Positions 61,201 through 64,000 of a stretch of 64,000 bases of DNA are shown one piece after another. This stretch comes from Lingula anatina (Eukaryota; Animalia; Brachiopoda). Numbering within the stretch: position 1 is the first letter of the stretch; every line of letters starts with the position of its first letter. A model generated the notes under the pieces. That model did no database searches, had not been told where the DNA came from, and saw nothing but the letters and a program-made list of their open reading frames with translations. The position numbers and the translations under genes are program-made. The stretch covers positions 5,270,001 through 5,334,000 of the forward strand of contig CM120642.1 of NCBI GenBank assembly GCA_051362555.1, in the 5' to 3' direction.

Positions 61201-64000
61201 GACATCTGGAACACATACCTCACCAAGTTCATTGAAAGATATGTAAGTAGCATCATTAAACTAGTATGTGTGATTTTATAGAATAAATGATTTATGGTCA
61301 CAAAAACACACTAAGAAAAATACAGTAATCCATATATCCTTTGTCAGTAGTGCACCAGAAGGTACAATTTTTACTATTCTCTCATGCTCTCTATTCTCTC
61401 TTGTATTTAAATAAAACTTTCTATTTCTTCAAATAATGGTAACAGTTATAATCCCAGTTATGCTATTGATATTAGCTTTCGTTTGGATATATAATTTGTA
61501 ACTGTCCATAACACTGATGATGAGATTTTTTTACGGGTTAACAATTGTCTTTTAAGCTATTTTAATAATCAGTCAGCCATGCCAAGTGAACAAAAGCATT
61601 CAATATTTTAAAATATTTAATTTCAATTAAACACTGACAATGTTTTCTTTTGTCATTCTTCTTATTATGCTGATTGTTATTTTATCACAGGGTGGAAAAA
61701 AGCTGGAGAGAGCTCGAGATCTGTTTGAACAGTGCCTGGAAAAGTGCCCACCTAAGTTTGCTAAAGGTAATACAACTTCAGATGGATTTAAGATTCTAGT
61801 CGTTTTCTGCTATTTTGGTCACTTCATATGTTATCGAGATAAATGGAGGTTTATCATCTTGATAGTTCAGCGCGATGTGATGTAATTTTAGTTCCCAGAA
61901 TGTGATGTTCTCTTATAATGTTTTCTGCCATCTAAAACTCTAATGAAGTCTAAAAGATTGTTGAAAATGTGTATGCTTTTTATGATATATACCTTGTCGT
62001 GCTGAAATAGTAGTTAAATAAAAATATTTCACCATGTTCTTGTTCTGTGTAATAGCTCTTTTCCAGCTGCAGTAAATTTGAATGTCATTGATATTTTCAA
62101 TTCCTGTCCTAGCTATCTATTTACTGTATGCCAAACTGGAGGAGGATCACGGGCTTGCGAGACACGCCATGTCTGTGTATGATAGAGCGACTAAAGGAGT
62201 GTTACCAGAGGAGCAGTATGAGGTGAGTTTTTAAAGGATAAAATATTCACCTATTTATAGATATAGCTGTGACCAGATGTGGGCAAGATTTTTATTGGGA
62301 AGGCAGCTGTAAAAATGTTGCTTCAACACCTTGAATTGTGCATAGTGTTTAACATATAGTCAGATTGTTATGAGGTTATATGTTTGAATGTGACAATGTA
62401 TGTGTTCAGTTGTCAGGGCTAGAGTTTATCTAGTCCAGTATTTTTTTTAGCATGAAAAAAACTTGTGGTAGTCCAAAAGTATGCGATTCCTTTTGCCAGT
62501 GTAAAAGAAAACCAACCTTTCAAACCAGATTTAAATCTTTAATATTCCATAAATATTTTTGAATTAAAGAAACTGTTTTGCTTCTTGCTTCCTATACCTC
62601 TAGATGTTCAACATCTACATCAAGCGAGCTGCAGAGCTGTATGGAGTGACCCACACCAGACCAATCTATGAGAAAGCCATTGAAGTTTTGAATGAAGAAC
62701 AGGCCAGGTATGTGGGAAAGTGTTCCCAACAGGTTTTTTACTTGAAGATAATTCTAGAATACAGCTAGAAAAAATATTTCCTCAATCACTGCAAATCACA
62801 CTGAGAAAGGTGTTATGGATATTCCACCACATTTTTAACCTCATGATCATTCTAGAAAAAAATTTTTAAAAACGGTGTCCTTTCTGGAAGGATGTGGGGG
62901 AATTTTTCATGAGGTTTGAGTTAATTAAAACAAGTGTTCCTCTTTTATGTCCAGTTAATGTAGACTTTATGGCCAATTTTGATTTAATGTTTTAATGATA
63001 AAGATGATAAGAATTTAATGTATTTATTTAATATTATTTATATGTTAATTTGTAAAATCTTTGTTCATAGTTGGATTTTATCTCAATATTTATGATGACA
63101 ACAATTTCAGAACAATTCTGATATGATTTTAATTTGTATCATTCAGTACTGTGAGACACTTTCATCATTACAGGAGTATGTGCCTCAAGTTCGCTGATCT
63201 TGAAAGGAAACTGGGAGAAATTGACCGTGCTCGAGCCATCTATGGGCATTGTTCACAGATGTGTGATCCCAGGGTGGGTATTTATATTTGAATTGCCATT
63301 GAAATGAATTAAAAAATGGACTGTTGAATAGAATATTGTTTGTCATTGGTTAAATGTTAACCTGAATGTATGTTTAGAATTTTATGAAAATATTAAAATT
63401 TGATGGATAAGTGGTACAGGTTGCCTTTATGGGCATCATCTAAGATGGAAAAATTGGCAGAGGGCCATGGATGACATAATACAAGACTAGAAAAGGATTG
63501 AGAATCCAAGTGAATTTGGGGTTAACTGTTTAAGCAATAAGGGTACAACTTTATATGCCAGGAATGTCTAAAAAAGCAAAACGAAAGTGACACAAAAGTG
63601 GTGAATTCTGCTATTTGCAATTATAGTCTGTGACTGCAATTAGGCAGAACCTAAGAGTGAAACTTAAGTGTTTTGAGTGAAAACAATCTGAAAAGTATCC
63701 GTTTGCTTTTATACATTGCTGCACAGCAACTGCTTATCTGCCATAATAACTACTGACCCACCTCTCCCCCAAACCTCACAAAGTTTTCCTTGATTTTTTC
63801 CTAATTCACAATACTTTGAGAAGTGTTCCTGATAATGACTAAAATTATAGTATCAATGCACAAACAAGCAAACATATTTTCAAAGCCAAACAATTTTGAT
63901 TTTTTCTTTTCAGATTACTGCAGAATTTTGGCAGACGTGGAAAGACTTTGAAATCCAACATGGCAACGAGGACACTGTGCGAGAAATGTTGCGAATCAAA
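55230..64000 (+). CDS. XAB2: Pre-mRNA splicing factor SYF1/XAB2 (HAT repeats), 19 exons visible, 3'-truncated by the window
   Basis: [12 protein letters not shown]|[25 protein letters not shown]...YKLWYNYL...[12 protein letters not shown]...[15 protein letters not shown]...[16 protein letters not shown]; 722 codons joined in phase at GT-AG sites. Confidence 0.96.
55736..55884 (+). CDS. XAB2: XAB2 exon 2
   Basis: [28 protein letters not shown]...ERALKELPG. Confidence 0.92.
56219..56342 (+). CDS. XAB2: XAB2 exon 3
   Basis: [17 protein letters not shown]...[10 protein letters not shown]. Confidence 0.93.
56604..56801 (+). CDS. XAB2: XAB2 exon 4
   Basis: [15 protein letters not shown]...RVYRRYLK. 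Confidence 0.93.
56989..57123 (+). CDS. XAB2: XAB2 exon 5
   Basis: [13 protein letters not shown]...[11 protein letters not shown]. Confidence 0.92.
57354..57381. repeat. (ATT)n microsatellite at the XAB2 exon 6 acceptor
   Basis: Read directly from the sequence. Confidence 0.9.
57387..57551 (+). CDS. XAB2: XAB2 exon 6
   Basis: [16 protein letters not shown]...[17 protein letters not shown]. Confidence 0.92.
58113..58330 (+). CDS. XAB2: XAB2 exon 7
   Basis: [31 protein letters not shown]...RRPLLLN. Confidence 0.93.
58505..58583 (+). CDS. XAB2: XAB2 exon 8
   Basis: [26 protein letters not shown]. Confidence 0.93.
58869..58988 (+). CDS. XAB2: XAB2 exon 9
   Basis: [40 protein letters not shown]. 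Confidence 0.93.
59223..59323 (+). CDS. XAB2: XAB2 exon 10
   Basis: [33 protein letters not shown]. Confidence 0.93.
59856..59931 (+). CDS. XAB2: XAB2 exon 11
   Basis: [25 protein letters not shown]. Confidence 0.9.
60160..60246 (+). CDS. XAB2: XAB2 exon 12
   Basis: [29 protein letters not shown]. Confidence 0.93.
60775..60888 (+). CDS. XAB2: XAB2 exon 13
   Basis: [38 protein letters not shown]. Confidence 0.93.
61156..61242 (+). CDS. XAB2: XAB2 exon 14
   Basis: [29 protein letters not shown]. Confidence 0.93.
61691..61766 (+). CDS. XAB2: XAB2 exon 15
   Basis: [25 protein letters not shown]. Confidence 0.93.
62113..62222 (+). CDS. XAB2: XAB2 exon 16
   Basis: [36 protein letters not shown]. 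Confidence 0.93.
62604..62707 (+). CDS. XAB2: XAB2 exon 17
   Basis: [34 protein letters not shown]. Confidence 0.93.
63174..63273 (+). CDS. XAB2: XAB2 exon 18
   Basis: [33 protein letters not shown]. Confidence 0.93.
63914..64000 (+). CDS. XAB2: XAB2 exon 19 (partial)
   Basis: [29 protein letters not shown]. Confidence 0.93.
   Translation, partial: MTAEFWQTWKDFEIQHGNEDTVREMLRIK

Noticed and set aside
63093-63125. ATGATGA...CTGA resembling C/D boxes in an XAB2 intron
   Set aside because: The boxes are only ~30 nt apart with no convincing terminal stem, too short for a snoRNA.

Overview
AT-rich, intron-rich eukaryotic (invertebrate metazoan-like) genomic DNA with two divergently transcribed genes. 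On the minus strand is a complete GPSM2/LGN/Pins-type gene: 13 coding exons, 43782->1088, 657 aa by my exon joining, with TPR repeats, the RRHSMENM linker and four GoLoco motifs. On the plus strand is XAB2/SYF1, the HAT-repeat splicing factor: 19 coding exons from 55230, running off the window end. The two genes share a CpG-richer promoter region at about 54.3-55.3 kb. The CpG-poor GPSM introns carry a 3.08-kb pogo-type element with TA TSDs, intact TIRs and an eroded transposase; an RTE LINE fragment whose ORF2 gave rise to a 51-bp minisatellite; Harbinger-, hAT5- and Kolobok-like MITEs; a 39-bp minisatellite; and microsatellites. Two leads stand out. (1) The GPSM-XAB2 linkage echoes human XAB2-PCP2(GPSM4) in the 1/6/9/19 paralogon. 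(2) Several in-phase ATG+donor mini-exons inside GPSM introns could produce GoLoco-only or TPR-truncated isoforms. All coordinates were counted by hand and all homology calls are from memory, with no searches run.
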